A DNA stretch of 64,000 nucleotides, from assembly GCA_963796285.1 (NCBI GenBank), contig CAWCKW010000012.1:1376001-1440000 (forward strand). The letters run 5' to 3'. Source of the stretch: Nitrospirota bacterium. GTDB lineage: Bacteria > Nitrospirota > UBA9217. The notes under the pieces were generated by a model. It was not told the DNA's origin, searched no databases, and was given only the letters and a program-made list of their open reading frames with translations. Positions 10,557-21,407 of this stretch are shown one piece after another; the stretch's first letter is position 1; each line of letters starts with the position of its first letter. The position numbers and the translations under genes were made by a program.

Positions 10557-12499
10557 CTATTGCCTTCCGCTTGCGCTGATGTCCTGGGCATAGATGTCAT
10601 AATTAGTCCCACTCCGGGGATCCTCCCAGATAATGATGGCCCCGCCTGAACCGTCGGAAATGAGTTGAGGATTGGATTGATAATTTGCCGCTGTAGATAT
10701 GCCGACTCCGTCGACTGTCCACTGTACTGCCCCGAACCTGTTCACGTGCTGGGCATAGATGTCATCAGTCCCGCTCCGTCCGTCCTCCCACGTAATGATG
10801 GCCCCGCCTGAATTGTCGGAAATGAGTTGAGGATAGATTTGCTCGCCTGCTGCCGTGGATATGGCAATGCCGTCGGTTGTCCACTGCACTGTTCCGGCGC
10901 TGTTGACCCGCTGGGCATAGATGTCCCAAGTCCCACTCCGATGATCCATCCAGGTGATGATCGCTCCGCCTGAACCGTCAACGGCGAGATGCGGAATGAT
11001 TTGCTCACCTGCTAGTGCGGATATGGCGACGCCGTCTGCTGTCCACTGCGCTGCCCCGGCGCTGTTTACCCGCTGAACATAGATGTCCGCATCACTACCG
11101 TTCCGGTAATCATGCCACGCGATGATCGCCCCGCCTGAATTGTCGGAGATGAGTTGAGCAACGTATTGGTCATTTATTGCTGTGGATATGGCGACGCCGT
11201 CCGCTGTCCACTGCACTGCCCCGGCGCTGTTTACCCTCTGGGCATAGACATCCGCATTAGTAATGTTCCGGTAATCCTGCCAGGTGATGATAGCCCCGCC
11301 TGAATTGTCGGAGATGAGTTGAGGATTTTCTTGGTCACCAGCTGCTGTGGATATGGCGACGCCGTCTGCTGTCCACTGCACTACTCCAGAGCCGTTTACT
11401 CGCTGGGCATAGATATCCCAAGTCCCGTTACGATGATCCCACCAGGTGATGATAGTCCCTCCAGAACCGTCGGGAATGAGTTGAGGATTGTTTTGGTCAT
11501 CAGGTGCCGTGGATATGGCGACGCCGTCTGCTGTCCACTGCACTGCCCCGGCGCCGTTCACTCTCTGGGCATAGATGTCAAAAGTACCGCTCCGTGTATC
11601 CTGCCAGGTGATGACAGCCCCGCCTGAACCGTCAGAAATGAGTTGAGGAAAGCTTTGCTCGCCTGCTGTTGTGGATATGGCAACGCCGTCTGCTGTCCAC
11701 TGCACTACTCCGGCGCCGTTCACTCTCTGGGCATAGATGTCAAAATTCCCATCCCGGAAATCCATCCAGGTGATGATAGCACCGCCTGAACCGTCGGAGA
11801 CGGGTTGAGGATAGCGTTGATCACCTGCTGCTGCAGATACGGCAACGTTTTCAGGATCTTCCTTTGTCCAGAGCACGACGATATAACCGGGGCTGCTGTT
11901 CACGCCGGCTTCCGTAATTAATACCGAACCATTGGCCGCTCCTGCGGGCACGGTTGTGGTGATCACCGTGTCGCTCCATGAAATGATCGATAACGCCGGC
12001 GTGCCGCCGATGCTGACACTGCTTGTTCCCTGAGTGCTGCCAAAGCCCGCACCGGTGATCCGAATCTGATCGCCTGCCTTCACCTCCGCGGGATTCACGC
12101 TCGTCACGATCGGACCTGCCGGGCTCACGGAGACCAGGATGCTCGCATATCCCTTGGCCTTGAGGCCGGCCGCGTTCGTCACCTCCACGTTCACCAGATA
12201 GCTCCCTACGCTCGCGGGTGCGGTCCAGGTAATGGAACTGGTGCTGGTCGAACTCAACGCGCCCGCATCAGCCTGCCATGAATAGGTCAGCGCGCTGTTC
12301 AAGCCATCGCCCGCGGAAACGCTCAGAATCGTGCTTGCCCCCGGTCTGACCACCGATGGATTGGCAATGATGCTGTATATCTCTACTCCGCCGGACCTTG
12401 CGCGCCGTCGGACCCGTTTGTGCTACAGCCCAGGAGTGTTAAAGAAAAAACCAGGACACATATCGCAACCAAGAAGAGTGTGTGCCTTAATGTACTCAT
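10557..12499 (-). CDS. Lipoprotein with Ig-like and IPT/TIG domains and 8 tandem ~54-aa repeats (probable beta-propeller); frameshift near 12385
   Basis: GGGAGG SD, ATG 12499, signal peptide with lipobox LLGC; ITGAGFG..SWSDT IPT motif; repeat DGSGGAIITW.D.R....DIYAQRVN..G.VQWTADGVAIS. Confidence 0.8.
10570..11850 (-). repeat. Intragenic tandem repeats, ~162-165 bp unit x8
   Basis: Near-identical blocks such as CCGCCTGAA(C/T)(C/T)GTCGGA and CTGGGCATAGATGTC recur at ~162 bp spacing. Confidence 0.9.
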
Positions 12500-12878
12500 G
12501 TGAACCTCCCTATGGCATGAGCAGGGCTTTACTTGTCTATAAACTCATAGCTCTGCTTCAAATGTGTTTTGTTCTACTAATGTTTAACTATATCATACCT
12601 GAGATGCAATGAGTGTTCATGTTTTGTTCAAACCTCGTAGGGTCAATGGGCCAGAGCTTGACAAAATATTCCTTGAGCAGATGCTCAGGGATGGACGCAG
12701 GCGGGACAGGAAGCTAACAAGTCACTAAAAAGATCCATCCATGGTTGTTGACACCGCCCTGAAACAGGCATATATTCTTCCCAGATAATTTCGTTTTAAA
12801 AGCAATTCCTACAGGCTTGACAAGAAACGACAGCCTTTCTACATCTCAATTAACGATCTTTAATGCCGAGAGATTGAA

Positions 12879-12934
12879 TAATAACTTGTCGTCCCACGCC
12901 GACCGCTTCGCGGCGTGTGAACTCGTCGTTGCGC
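12879..12934 (+). mobile_element. Integron attC-like recombination site (orphan, degenerate)
   Basis: TAAC-TTGTCGTCCCACGCC-GACCGCTTCGC-GGCGTGTGAACTCGTC-GTTGCGC: AAC/GTT ends, paired L boxes with an extra base, CCGCTTCGCGG core, 56 bp. Confidence 0.6.
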
Positions 12935-12957
12935 AGGGCGGGGTGGTCACAGAACAT

Positions 12958-14023
12958 ATGAAACTTATTTTCATCTTCCCTAGATTTTTTGCTTTTTCGG
13001 TCCGCTGTCCCTGACCTTTTTGGTCAGGGCCGCAATTTCCATTTTAGGAGGCCAGGTATTGTGACGACGCAAATAGACGGTGCACTGCATCAAATGGGAG
13101 ATTATGCGATCTATTTTCCGCCTTCGGAAGAGTTTTCAAAGTCGCTGCATATCTTCTCTGCGAATACTAAGCGTTGGGAAATACCGCCTGTTGTGACCCG
13201 AGACGGGTTCCTATCCAGCAGAAGCGCGCTCCAAGTAGATCCCGTCGAGTATTATGACTCACGGTTTTTTACGAAGACAATAATTGATTTTTTTTCGAGG
13301 AGGCACTTTGCTTCATGCGTTCAGCTGGATGTGGGAAGCTATTTGGGGACATTCTCGATCGAGCAGGCCCTTCTGGCGAAGTACAAGAATATGGACGTTA
13401 AAATATTTGCATTCGAGCCAGGTCCGCTACTGGCCTACTTGAAGGAAAATATTGAAGTGAATGGATTGAGTGCGGCGATTTCGGTGGTAAACGCCGCTGT
13501 CTCAGACAAAGTGGGCGAAACGATCTATGAGTACATGCCTGGCTGGGTGATTGGGGGAATGCTCAACGGTTATTCGGCTGAAAATAAGGGAAGGGTTTCG
13601 ATTCCCTGCAAGACGACAACAATTGATCACTTTCTGAAACAGACTTTCGGGGCGTTTCCTCGGGATAAGTCGTTCATAATAAAACTGGATTGTCAGGGGT
13701 TGGAGCCTAAGGTGTACCAAGGATGTCGAAAATTACTAGGTTCCGGAGTTCCCGTGGTCTTTCTCTCTGAATTCTTGTGCTGGTCGTACAAAAAGTTTGG
13801 GGATTTCTATGCCAAGTTCCTCGCTAACCATCATGTAATTGATATCAGGAACGTCTGCTATCGTCCGACCCAGAGCATGGTCTACGTGGAGAGCGCAGAC
13901 CTGGATGGTTATGTTCACGATCTTTCCGGCACCACGAACCCGTGGACAGATTTTATCTTGATCCCGAAGAAAATGAAATTCTCGGAGGAATTGGTTGCGG
14001 ATCTTTTGGGATCGCGTTGGTGA
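12958..14023 (+). CDS. FkbM family SAM-dependent methyltransferase (start uncertain; possible frameshift near 12990)
   Basis: LDVGSYLG, FAFEP, NAAVSD, TTIDHF, IKLDCQGLE motifs; visibly more AT-rich than neighbours. Confidence 0.8.
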
Positions 14024-14126
14024 TGTCACTGGGATCCATATCCCTGACCAAGAATGCTTTCTTGACGGGGCACGCCGACATTAGCATATGACGATCTAAA
14101 ACATCACAGCATCAGCGAGGTCACCT

Positions 14127-15251
14127 ATGTCCAATGTCTATTTTTCCACCGCACGCACCCTCAGATGGGATTATAGCCACAGTGTCCCGGGAAAGCTCGA
14201 AACGCTTCTCGAAAAGATGAATTTCTCCGAACGGTTCAAAGAGAAAGAATGGGTCGCGATCAAGACCCATTGGGGCTCCCAAGGCGCGTTCCGCATCGTC
14301 CCGCCGGTCATGATCCGCAAGGTAGTTAACGCCATTCAGGAAACCGGGGCAAAGCCATTTGTTACAGATACGGTCAGGATCATGGGTCTGGATTACCTCG
14401 AAGTAGCGAACCAGAACGGTCTGAACCATCTCTCCTGCGGCGCGCCGGTGGTCCTTGCTGACGGACTGTACGGCAAGGACAGCATCCTGGTCAAGGCGGG
14501 CCCGATCCTCGGGGAGATCGCTGTCGCCTCGGCAATTCATGACACATCTGCCATGGTCGTCTGCTCGCACGTCAAGGGCCACATCAACGCGGGCTATGCC
14601 GGGGCGCTCAAGAACCTGGCCATGGGCTGCGTCAGTTCGCAACACCGTGAGCACGGATGGAAAAAGGGCCGCGGCGGCATGCACTGCCATGGAGAGATGG
14701 GGCTCCAGTGGAATGCCGAGAACTGCACCTTCTGCGAACAGTGCAAGAATATCTGCCCGCTCCACGCGATAGATTTCAAGGAAGGCGCGTTTGTTGTTGA
14801 CGAGAACAACTGCTGGCACTGCGGCAGGTGCAGCCGGGTCTGCCAGGAAGGCGCGCTCACCCTTCCCCAGGACGACGTGACGTTCCAGCAGAGCCTTGCC
14901 GAGTCTGCTGCAGCCGTGCTCTCCACATTTAAGACGGGCAAGGTAGTGTATGTCAACTTCCTGTTCCAGATCCAGCCTGAGTGCGACTGCATGCCTGTTG
15001 CAGACGTGCCGGTGATCCAGGACCAGGGCATCATGATATCCGACGATATTGTTGCCATCGAACAGGCGTCGCTCGATATGCTGAAAGTTGCTCCTCCCCT
15101 TCCCCAATCAGCAAATGAAGAAGCCGGCATCAAGCCCGGCGATGACGTGATGTTCAAACTCAATCCCCGGCCCATGCAGATCCAGATCGATGAGGCGGAG
15201 AGGCTGGGACTGGGGACGAAGAAGTATGAGTTGGTGAAGATGGAACCATGA
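14127..15251 (+). CDS. DUF362 domain protein with 2x[4Fe-4S] ferredoxin insert
   Basis: VAIKTHWG, SHVKGH..AGYAGALKNLAMG, CTFCEQCKNICP, CWHCGRCSRVC, PECDC, DIVAIEQAS. Confidence 0.85.
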   Translation: MSNVYFSTARTLRWDYSHSVPGKLETLLEKMNFSERFKEKEWVAIKTHWGSQGAFRIVPPVMIRKVVNAIQETGAKPFVTDTVRIMGLDYLEVANQNGLNHLSCGAPVVLADGLYGKDSILVKAGPILGEIAVASAIHDTSAMVVCSHVKGHINAGYAGALKNLAMGCVSSQHREHGWKKGRGGMHCHGEMGLQWNAENCTFCEQCKNICPLHAIDFKEGAFVVDENNCWHCGRCSRVCQEGALTLPQDDVTFQQSLAESAAAVLSTFKTGKVVYVNFLFQIQPECDCMPVADVPVIQDQGIMISDDIVAIEQASLDMLKVAPPLPQSANEEAGIKPGDDVMFKLNPRPMQIQIDEAERLGLGTKKYELVKMEP

Positions 15252-15345
15252 TATAATGGAGGTCAGGAAATGGAAGCCGAAGAATATTTATTTGCCTCTC
15301 CTGACTCCTGAATACTAACTCCTGATCCCGAAAGAAGGTTATGCC

Positions 15346-16808
15346 ATGCCCAAACGCACCAAGATCATCGCCACCATCGGCCCGGCCTCCAGCTCACCTA
15401 CGATCATCGCTAGGCTCATCCGCGCGGGCATGGACGCAGCGAGGTTGAACTTCTCCCACGGCGATTGGAACGATCACACGAAGCGCATCAGGCTCATCCG
15501 ACAGGAGGCTGAAAAGGCGGGAAAACAGATCGCGATCATCCAGGACCTGCAGGGCCCGAAGCTGCGCGTCGGCGTGATGCAGAATGACGCGGTGACCCTC
15601 CGCCGCGGAGACGCCGTGACCGTCACGACGAAGAAGATCATCGGAACGAACTATCTCATCTCCGTGACCTATCCCCATCTCAAAAAAGACCTGAAGGTCG
15701 GCGCAACAATGCTCCTGGACGACGGCAGGCTTGAACTGAAAGTCATAAAAAAAAGCCCCGCCGGCCTCGTATGCAAGGTGGTACTGCGGCGGCGTTCTCA
15801 AAAGCCACAAGGGCGTGAACCTGCCCGGCACGCACATTTCGCTTTCATCGCTCTCAACGAAGGACAAGGCGGACCTCCGTTTCGGCATCGCGCGGGGCGT
15901 GGACTATATCGCCCTCTCGTTCGTGCGCACTGCTAAAGACATCAGCACCACGCGTGTATTCCTGAAAGCGCACGGCGCTGACATCCCGATCATCGCAAAG
16001 ATCGAAAAACCCGAGGCCATCCAGAATCTCGACTGAGATCATCGAGGCGGCCGACGGGATCATGGTGGCGCGCGGCGACCTGGGCGTCGAGATGTCGCCC
16101 GAGCAGGTGCCGCTGCTCCAGAAAAAGATCATCGAAGCCTGCCACTGGGCGGAAAAACCAGTGATCACGGCAACACAGATGCTCGAAAGCATGATCGAGA
16201 ACCCCCAGCCCACGCGTGCAGAGGCTTCGGATGTGGCAAACGCCATCCTGGACGGCACGGACTGCGTCATGCTCTCGGGCGAGACCGCAATGGGCAAGTA
16301 CCCGGTCCAGGCAGTTGAGGTCATGGCGAGGTTCGCCGTGCAGACCGAATCATCCCTGAACCCCTGGCCGCCCGATGTCCATATCTCCGGCCCTGACGAG
16401 AGCGTAGCCCATGCCGCCTGCCGCGCAGCAGGGGAACAGCAGGCGCAGGCGATCGTGACGTTCACCCAGTCCGGATCCACCGCGCTCCTGGTCTCGAAGC
16501 ACCGCCCCAGGATGAGCATAATTGCGCCGACACCGTTCGACCTGGTGGCCAGAAAGATGTCTCTCTACTGGGGCGTGACCCCCATCCTCCTCAAGACCAA
16601 ACGCACCACCGACGATATGATCGCGAGCGTGGAGCGCGCCATGATCTTTCGAAAGCTCGCAAAACAGCACGACCTCATCGTGATCACCGCGGGCGTACCG
16701 ATCGGCGTAGCGGGAAGCACGAACATGATGAAGATACATCGCGTGGGAGAGATCAAAGGACTTGAGCCGCGGAAAAAGGGCACTAAACTCGACAAACCGG
16801 ACCAATAA
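15346..16808 (+). CDS. pyk: Pyruvate kinase (frameshifts near 15790 and 16033)
   Basis: [58 protein letters not shown] spread over three frames. Confidence 0.93.
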
Positions 16809-16829
16809 TCCGGGAAACGGTCCATTGAC

Positions 16830-16950
16830 ACGGATATTATCGGATTTTTTTAGATTACAGTTCACCCATTGGTTGAAGTCCTTCCCTTTGATTCTCATCC
16901 GCTTGTATCATGCGCTAATCCGCTCTTTCAGTGTCCAAATGCTTTTTCCA
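16830..16950 (-). repeat. Repeat family A, copy 4
   Basis: Reverse complement CATTTGGACACTGAAAGAGCGGATTAGCGCATGATACAAGCGGATGAGAATCAAAGGGAA aligns with 2764-2870. Confidence 0.8.
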
Positions 16951-17166
16951 TAAAAATGGGGGCCAGGAATGAGTGATTGCCCCGGCATTCTTCGTTCAGG
17001 GCCGCGTTATGGCTTGTCCCCGCGCTATCGCAAGAGCAGCGGGCAACAGAAGGCTACGCCATCTCGGTATCTGTATTCCCCTGTTGGTGACCGCGTGCAC
17101 TGCATCCGAGATACGTCCTCCTTTTTTTCTGCATATTCCCGAACCGAGGTGTTATAATTAACCGGT

Positions 17167-19299
17167 ATGGAAAAGATTTCAACAACCTGTCCCTGGTGCG
17201 GCTGCGGCTGCGGCCTGTACCTTCATGTTGAAAACAATCTCATTACCGGTGTGTCCCCCAGCCGCAACCATCCAGTAAACCACGGAACACTGTGCGTCAA
17301 GGGCTGGAACTGCCACGAGTTCGTCCAGCACCCCGACCGCCTCACCACGCCGCTCATCAAGGAAGGCAAAACAACCTGGCGCCGCGCGACCTGGGACGAA
17401 GCCCTCGGAAAGACCGCATCGCGGCTCACGGAGATCAAACAGAAATACGGCCCCGACGCCATCGGCGTACTGGGCTCCGCCAAATGCACGAACGAGGAAA
17501 ACTTCGTGCTCATGAAGTTCGCCCGCGCCGCCGTCGGCACGAACAACGTGGACCACTGCGCGCGGCTCTGCCACTCCTCCACCGTCGGAGGCCTGGCCGC
17601 CGCCTTCGGCTCCGGCGCCATGACCAACTCCATCGACGAGATCAGGGACGCCCGGGTCATCATGGTGGTCGGTTCGAACACCACGGAGCAGCACCCCATG
17701 ATCGGGATGCACATGCTGGAGGCAAAGGACCGCGGCGCGACCATCATCGTGGCCGATCCCCGCCGCACTCAGATCGCCAAGTTCAGCCACCTCCACCTGA
17801 GGCACAAGAGCGGCACCGACGTGGCGCTCCTCAACGCCATGATGAACGTCATCATCACCGAGGGCCTGGTGGATGTTTCTTTTATCCGGCAGCGCACCGA
17901 GAATTTCGATGACTTCGAAAAGCGCGTTCTGACCTACACCCCGGAGGTTGCCGAACGCATCACCTCGGTCCCGGCCGACGATATCCGCAAGGCTGCCAGG
18001 ATTTACGCGTCGGAAAAACGCTCCATGCTCTTCTATTCCATGGGCATCACCCAGCACATCACGGGCGTGGACAACGTGCGCTCCTGCGCCAACCTCGTCA
18101 TGCTCACCGCCCATATCGGGCAGCCCATGACCGGTCTGAACCCGCTCCGCGGCCAGAACAACGTGCAGGGGGCCTGCGATGTGGGCGCGCTGCCGGACGT
18201 GTTCTCGGGCTACCAGAAGGTCGCCGACCCTGTTGCGAGAAAGAAGTTCGAGCTTGCCTGGTCGCGGCCCCTGCCCGACACGCGCGGACTGACGCTGACC
18301 GAGATGGTGGACGCCATCCACGAAGGGAAGATCAAGGCCTTGTACATCATGGGAGAGAACCCCGTGATCTCCGACCCTGACTCGACCCACGTGCGGGAGG
18401 CCTTTGCCAAGCTTGAATTCCTCGCGATCCAGGACATCTTTCTTTCCGACACCGCCGAGTACGCCCACGTGGTCCTGCCCGCGGCGACGTTCGCGGAAAA
18501 GGACGGGACCTATACCAATACCGAGCGCCGGGTCCAGAAGATCAGGAAGGCCGTGCAGCCCGCGGGCGAGTCACGGCCCGACTACGAGATCATCTGCAGT
18601 CTTTCCCGGCTCATGGGCTATCCCATGGATTACCGGGCGTCTCACGAGATCATGGAAGAGATCGCCATCCTGACGCCGTCCTACGGCGGCATCCTCCACC
18701 ACCGGCTCGACGCGAATTTCGGTCTCCAGTGGCCCTGCCTGGGCATGGACCATCCTGGAACGCCCTATTTGCACCGGAAGAAGTTCACCCGCGGTATGGG
18801 GGCATTCATCCCCGTGGAATTCATTCCGCCGTCGGAACCCACGGACAGCTCCTATCCGTTCATTTTAACGACAGGCCGAAGCTACTTTCATTACCACACC
18901 GGCACGATGTGCAGAAGGACCATTACGCTCGAACGCGAGGAGCCCGAGTGCATGGTCGAGATCAACCCCGCTGATGCGGCACGCCTCGAGGTCCGGCAGA
19001 ACGATCCGGTGCGCGTGAGCTCCCGGCGCGGCAGCATCGAAGTAAAGGCCCGGGTGACCGAAACAGTGCCTGAAGGCATCGTCTTCATCCCCTTCCACTT
19101 CCGCGAAGCGGCCGCGAACCTGCTCACGATCAACGCGGTCGACCCGAATGCGAAGATCCCCGAGTTCAAGGTCTGCGCAGTGGCCCTGGAACCCGTGCGG
19201 CGCAGACCCGGCGCGCGCCACGCCCCGCGGATCGGCTACTACGAGGGAATGAGGCTCGGCCTCGACCTGTACATTCCGCCGGAGGAGATGGAGCGGTAA
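17167..19299 (+). CDS. fdhF: Formate dehydrogenase alpha subunit (Mo/W-bisPGD, cytoplasmic, Cys-type)
   Basis: CPWCGCGC..LCVKG Fe-S motif, NNVDHCARLCH, LRGQNNVQGACD, HYHTGTM, KIPEFKVCAV; no Tat signal. Confidence 0.93.
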   Translation: MEKISTTCPWCGCGCGLYLHVENNLITGVSPSRNHPVNHGTLCVKGWNCHEFVQHPDRLTTPLIKEGKTTWRRATWDEALGKTASRLTEIKQKYGPDAIGVLGSAKCTNEENFVLMKFARAAVGTNNVDHCARLCHSSTVGGLAAAFGSGAMTNSIDEIRDARVIMVVGSNTTEQHPMIGMHMLEAKDRGATIIVADPRRTQIAKFSHLHLRHKSGTDVALLNAMMNVIITEGLVDVSFIRQRTENFDDFEKRVLTYTPEVAERITSVPADDIRKAARIYASEKRSMLFYSMGITQHITGVDNVRSCANLVMLTAHIGQPMTGLNPLRGQNNVQGACDVGALPDVFSGYQKVADPVARKKFELAWSRPLPDTRGLTLTEMVDAIHEGKIKALYIMGENPVISDPDSTHVREAFAKLEFLAIQDIFLSDTAEYAHVVLPAATFAEKDGTYTNTERRVQKIRKAVQPAGESRPDYEIICSLSRLMGYPMDYRASHEIMEEIAILTPSYGGILHHRLDANFGLQWPCLGMDHPGTPYLHRKKFTRGMGAFIPVEFIPPSEPTDSSYPFILTTGRSYFHYHTGTMCRRTITLEREEPECMVEINPADAARLEVRQNDPVRVSSRRGSIEVKARVTETVPEGIVFIPFHFREAAANLLTINAVDPNAKIPEFKVCAVALEPVRRRPGARHAPRIGYYEGMRLGLDLYIPPEEMER

Positions 19300-19463
19300 A
19301 GCAGCATTGCTTTTGTCCGCAGATTGCGTACCCTGCTGTTGCCATGGCGCGGGCACAGGCAGATGAACGCAGATTTTTAAAAACCTGATTCAGGCTTGTT
19401 TTTAATCTAGTGAAATCTGCGCAATCTGCGGATAATATACTGACCTTAGAATTACTAAATTCT

Positions 19464-20495
19464 ATGTTCATTTTAAACAAAAACCATTTGTCCTTCTGGC
19501 TCCGGCAGCTCAAGGCGGCGCACGAATTGATCGCGCCCATGAGGGACGTGTCCGGCGACATCGTGCTTACCGAGCTCCCGCGCATGCACGAAACAGCGCT
19601 CGACGGCCCCGCGCTCATGCCTTCACCCAAGGAGTTCCTGCTTCCCCAGATGGAACGGCTCTTCCGCTATTCCCCCGAGGGCATCGAGGATACCGTTGAT
19701 ACCCGTCCGCGCATCCTCTTCGGCATCAGGCCCTGCGACGTGTCGGCCATCAAGGTCCTCGACCTGTTCTATCTCGGAAATACAAAAGACGCCTACTACG
19801 AGGCCCGCCGCAGCAGGACCGTCCTGATCTCCCTTGCGTGCAATCAGCCCGATCCCACCTGTTTCTGTCTCGGACTCGGTACCGGCCCCTTCCTGAAATC
19901 CGGCTTCGACCTGCAGCTTACCGACCTCGGCGACCGTTTTCTGGTCGAGGCGGGTTCGGAGACCGGCACCTCGCTGGTCGGGAGCGTGCAGCATATCTTC
20001 ACGCAGCCCGCGCAGACGGACCTGGATGATCTCTACGAAGCCCGTCTCGCGTCCCAAAGCCGCTTCGAGAAGCGGGTCAACCTTGAACGGGTGCGCAAAA
20101 CCATACAGGCCGGCGGGGTGTCCGATCCCTTCTGGGAATCCGTGGCCCTGAGATGCTTCGAATGCGGCGGCTGCGTGTACAACTGCCCGGTCTGCACCTG
20201 CTTTAACGTCATTGACCGGCCTGCGTCCCCCGACACCGGGAAACGGATGCGGCTCTGGGATACCTGCATGTTCAAGGGATTTACGCGCACGGCCGGCGGC
20301 GTGGTGCCGGCTGAGGAAAAGAGACACCGGACCAAGCGCTGGTTCCATCACAAGCTCGTGCACTGGCCTCAGCAGTTCGGGACCTTCGGATGCGTCGGCT
20401 GCGGCCGCTGCGCTGTTTCCTGCCCCGGGAAGATCGACATGGCCACCGTAGCGCTTCAGATCAAGGGGTCGGACCGAACGGAAGCAAAAGGATAA
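19464..20495 (+). CDS. 4Fe-4S dicluster protein, AsrA/sulfhydrogenase beta-like
   Basis: SPKEFL, GIRPCD, CFC, CFECGGCVYNCPVCTCF, CVGCGRCAVSCP. Confidence 0.85.
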   Translation: MFILNKNHLSFWLRQLKAAHELIAPMRDVSGDIVLTELPRMHETALDGPALMPSPKEFLLPQMERLFRYSPEGIEDTVDTRPRILFGIRPCDVSAIKVLDLFYLGNTKDAYYEARRSRTVLISLACNQPDPTCFCLGLGTGPFLKSGFDLQLTDLGDRFLVEAGSETGTSLVGSVQHIFTQPAQTDLDDLYEARLASQSRFEKRVNLERVRKTIQAGGVSDPFWESVALRCFECGGCVYNCPVCTCFNVIDRPASPDTGKRMRLWDTCMFKGFTRTAGGVVPAEEKRHRTKRWFHHKLVHWPQQFGTFGCVGCGRCAVSCPGKIDMATVALQIKGSDRTEAKG

Positions 20496-20544
20496 AAGCT
20501 CGTTGCCACAGAGGGCACACAGGTATAACTGAATAAAGAAGACC

Positions 20545-21384
20545 ATGACGACAAAAAATATCTATCTGCCGATCAAAACATCCATAGCGAATGTCAAAGA
20601 GGTCGCGAAGGACGTGAAGCTGTTCTCCCTCGGCGTCCCCGATGACTTTACGTATCAGGCCGGCCAGTTCGTCATGGTATCGGTCATGGGCGCAGGCGAG
20701 ATACCGATTTCGATCACCTCCACGCCGGGGAAGAGCGCGTACCTCGAACTCTGCATACGCGCAGTCGGCCACGTTTCCGCTGCGCTGAATTCGCACAAAT
20801 CAGGCGACAGCATATGGGTCCGCGGCCCGTATGGCAAGCCCTTCCCGGTCAACGGCCGCCAGGACACCCTGTTCATCTGCGGCGGCATCGGCATTGTTCC
20901 CCTCCGCCCGCTCATCAACCTGATGTTGAACGACCGGAAGGCGACGGGCAGCAACAGGACCGTGACGGTCCTGTACGGTTCACGCACGCCTGCCGAGGTG
21001 CTGTTCATGGACGAGGTTGCTGCCTGGCAGGAACAGGGCGCGAACATCGTCATGACCGTGGACACCTGCAATATCGATAGTTGGAAGGGGTGTACCGGCC
21101 TGGTCACGGACCACTTCGGCCAGACCAAGGTCGAGTTCAAGGACAGCACGGCCTACATCTGCGGGCCCCATGTCATGATCCAGGCCGCGATGCGCGATCT
21201 TTCGCTCATGGGCATGCCTGACGACCATATCATCACGACGCTCGAAGCCCATATGAAGTGCGGAGTGGGAAAATGCGGTCACTGCTTTTGCGGGGGAAAG
21301 CTTATCTGCGAGGAAGGTCCCGTCTTTTCGTTCGAGGAGATCAAAAAGTACAACATCAAACCGGGGAGGGACAGCCTCGAATAA
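20545..21384 (+). CDS. FAD/NAD(P)-binding [2Fe-2S] oxidoreductase, AsrB/sulfhydrogenase gamma-like
   Basis: GQFVM, GEIPISI, RGPYG, GGIGIVP, CGP, MKCGVGKCGHC..C..GPVF. Confidence 0.88.
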   Translation: MTTKNIYLPIKTSIANVKEVAKDVKLFSLGVPDDFTYQAGQFVMVSVMGAGEIPISITSTPGKSAYLELCIRAVGHVSAALNSHKSGDSIWVRGPYGKPFPVNGRQDTLFICGGIGIVPLRPLINLMLNDRKATGSNRTVTVLYGSRTPAEVLFMDEVAAWQEQGANIVMTVDTCNIDSWKGCTGLVTDHFGQTKVEFKDSTAYICGPHVMIQAAMRDLSLMGMPDDHIITTLEAHMKCGVGKCGHCFCGGKLICEEGPVFSFEEIKKYNIKPGRDSLE

Positions 21385-21407
21385 AGGCTGCCTCTCTCCG
21401 GCCAAGC

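Noticed and set aside
10570-11850. Regularly spaced repeats suggesting a CRISPR array or DGR template
   Set aside because: Units are in-frame coding repeats of ~162 bp without unique spacers; no cas or reverse transcriptase gene in the window
15780-16040. Programmed frameshifting or readthrough in pyk and other split genes
   Set aside because: No slippery heptamers or stimulatory structures seen; indels are spread over many unrelated genes
17550-17580. Possible selenocysteine in FdhF
   Set aside because: Active-site codon is TGC (ARLCH); no in-frame TGA
17179-18468. Long antisense ORFs (also 14121-15107, 19623-20546, 29980-31260, 42289-43821, 59305-60288)
   Set aside because: Shadows of GC-rich coding genes on the opposite strand with no recognisable motifs
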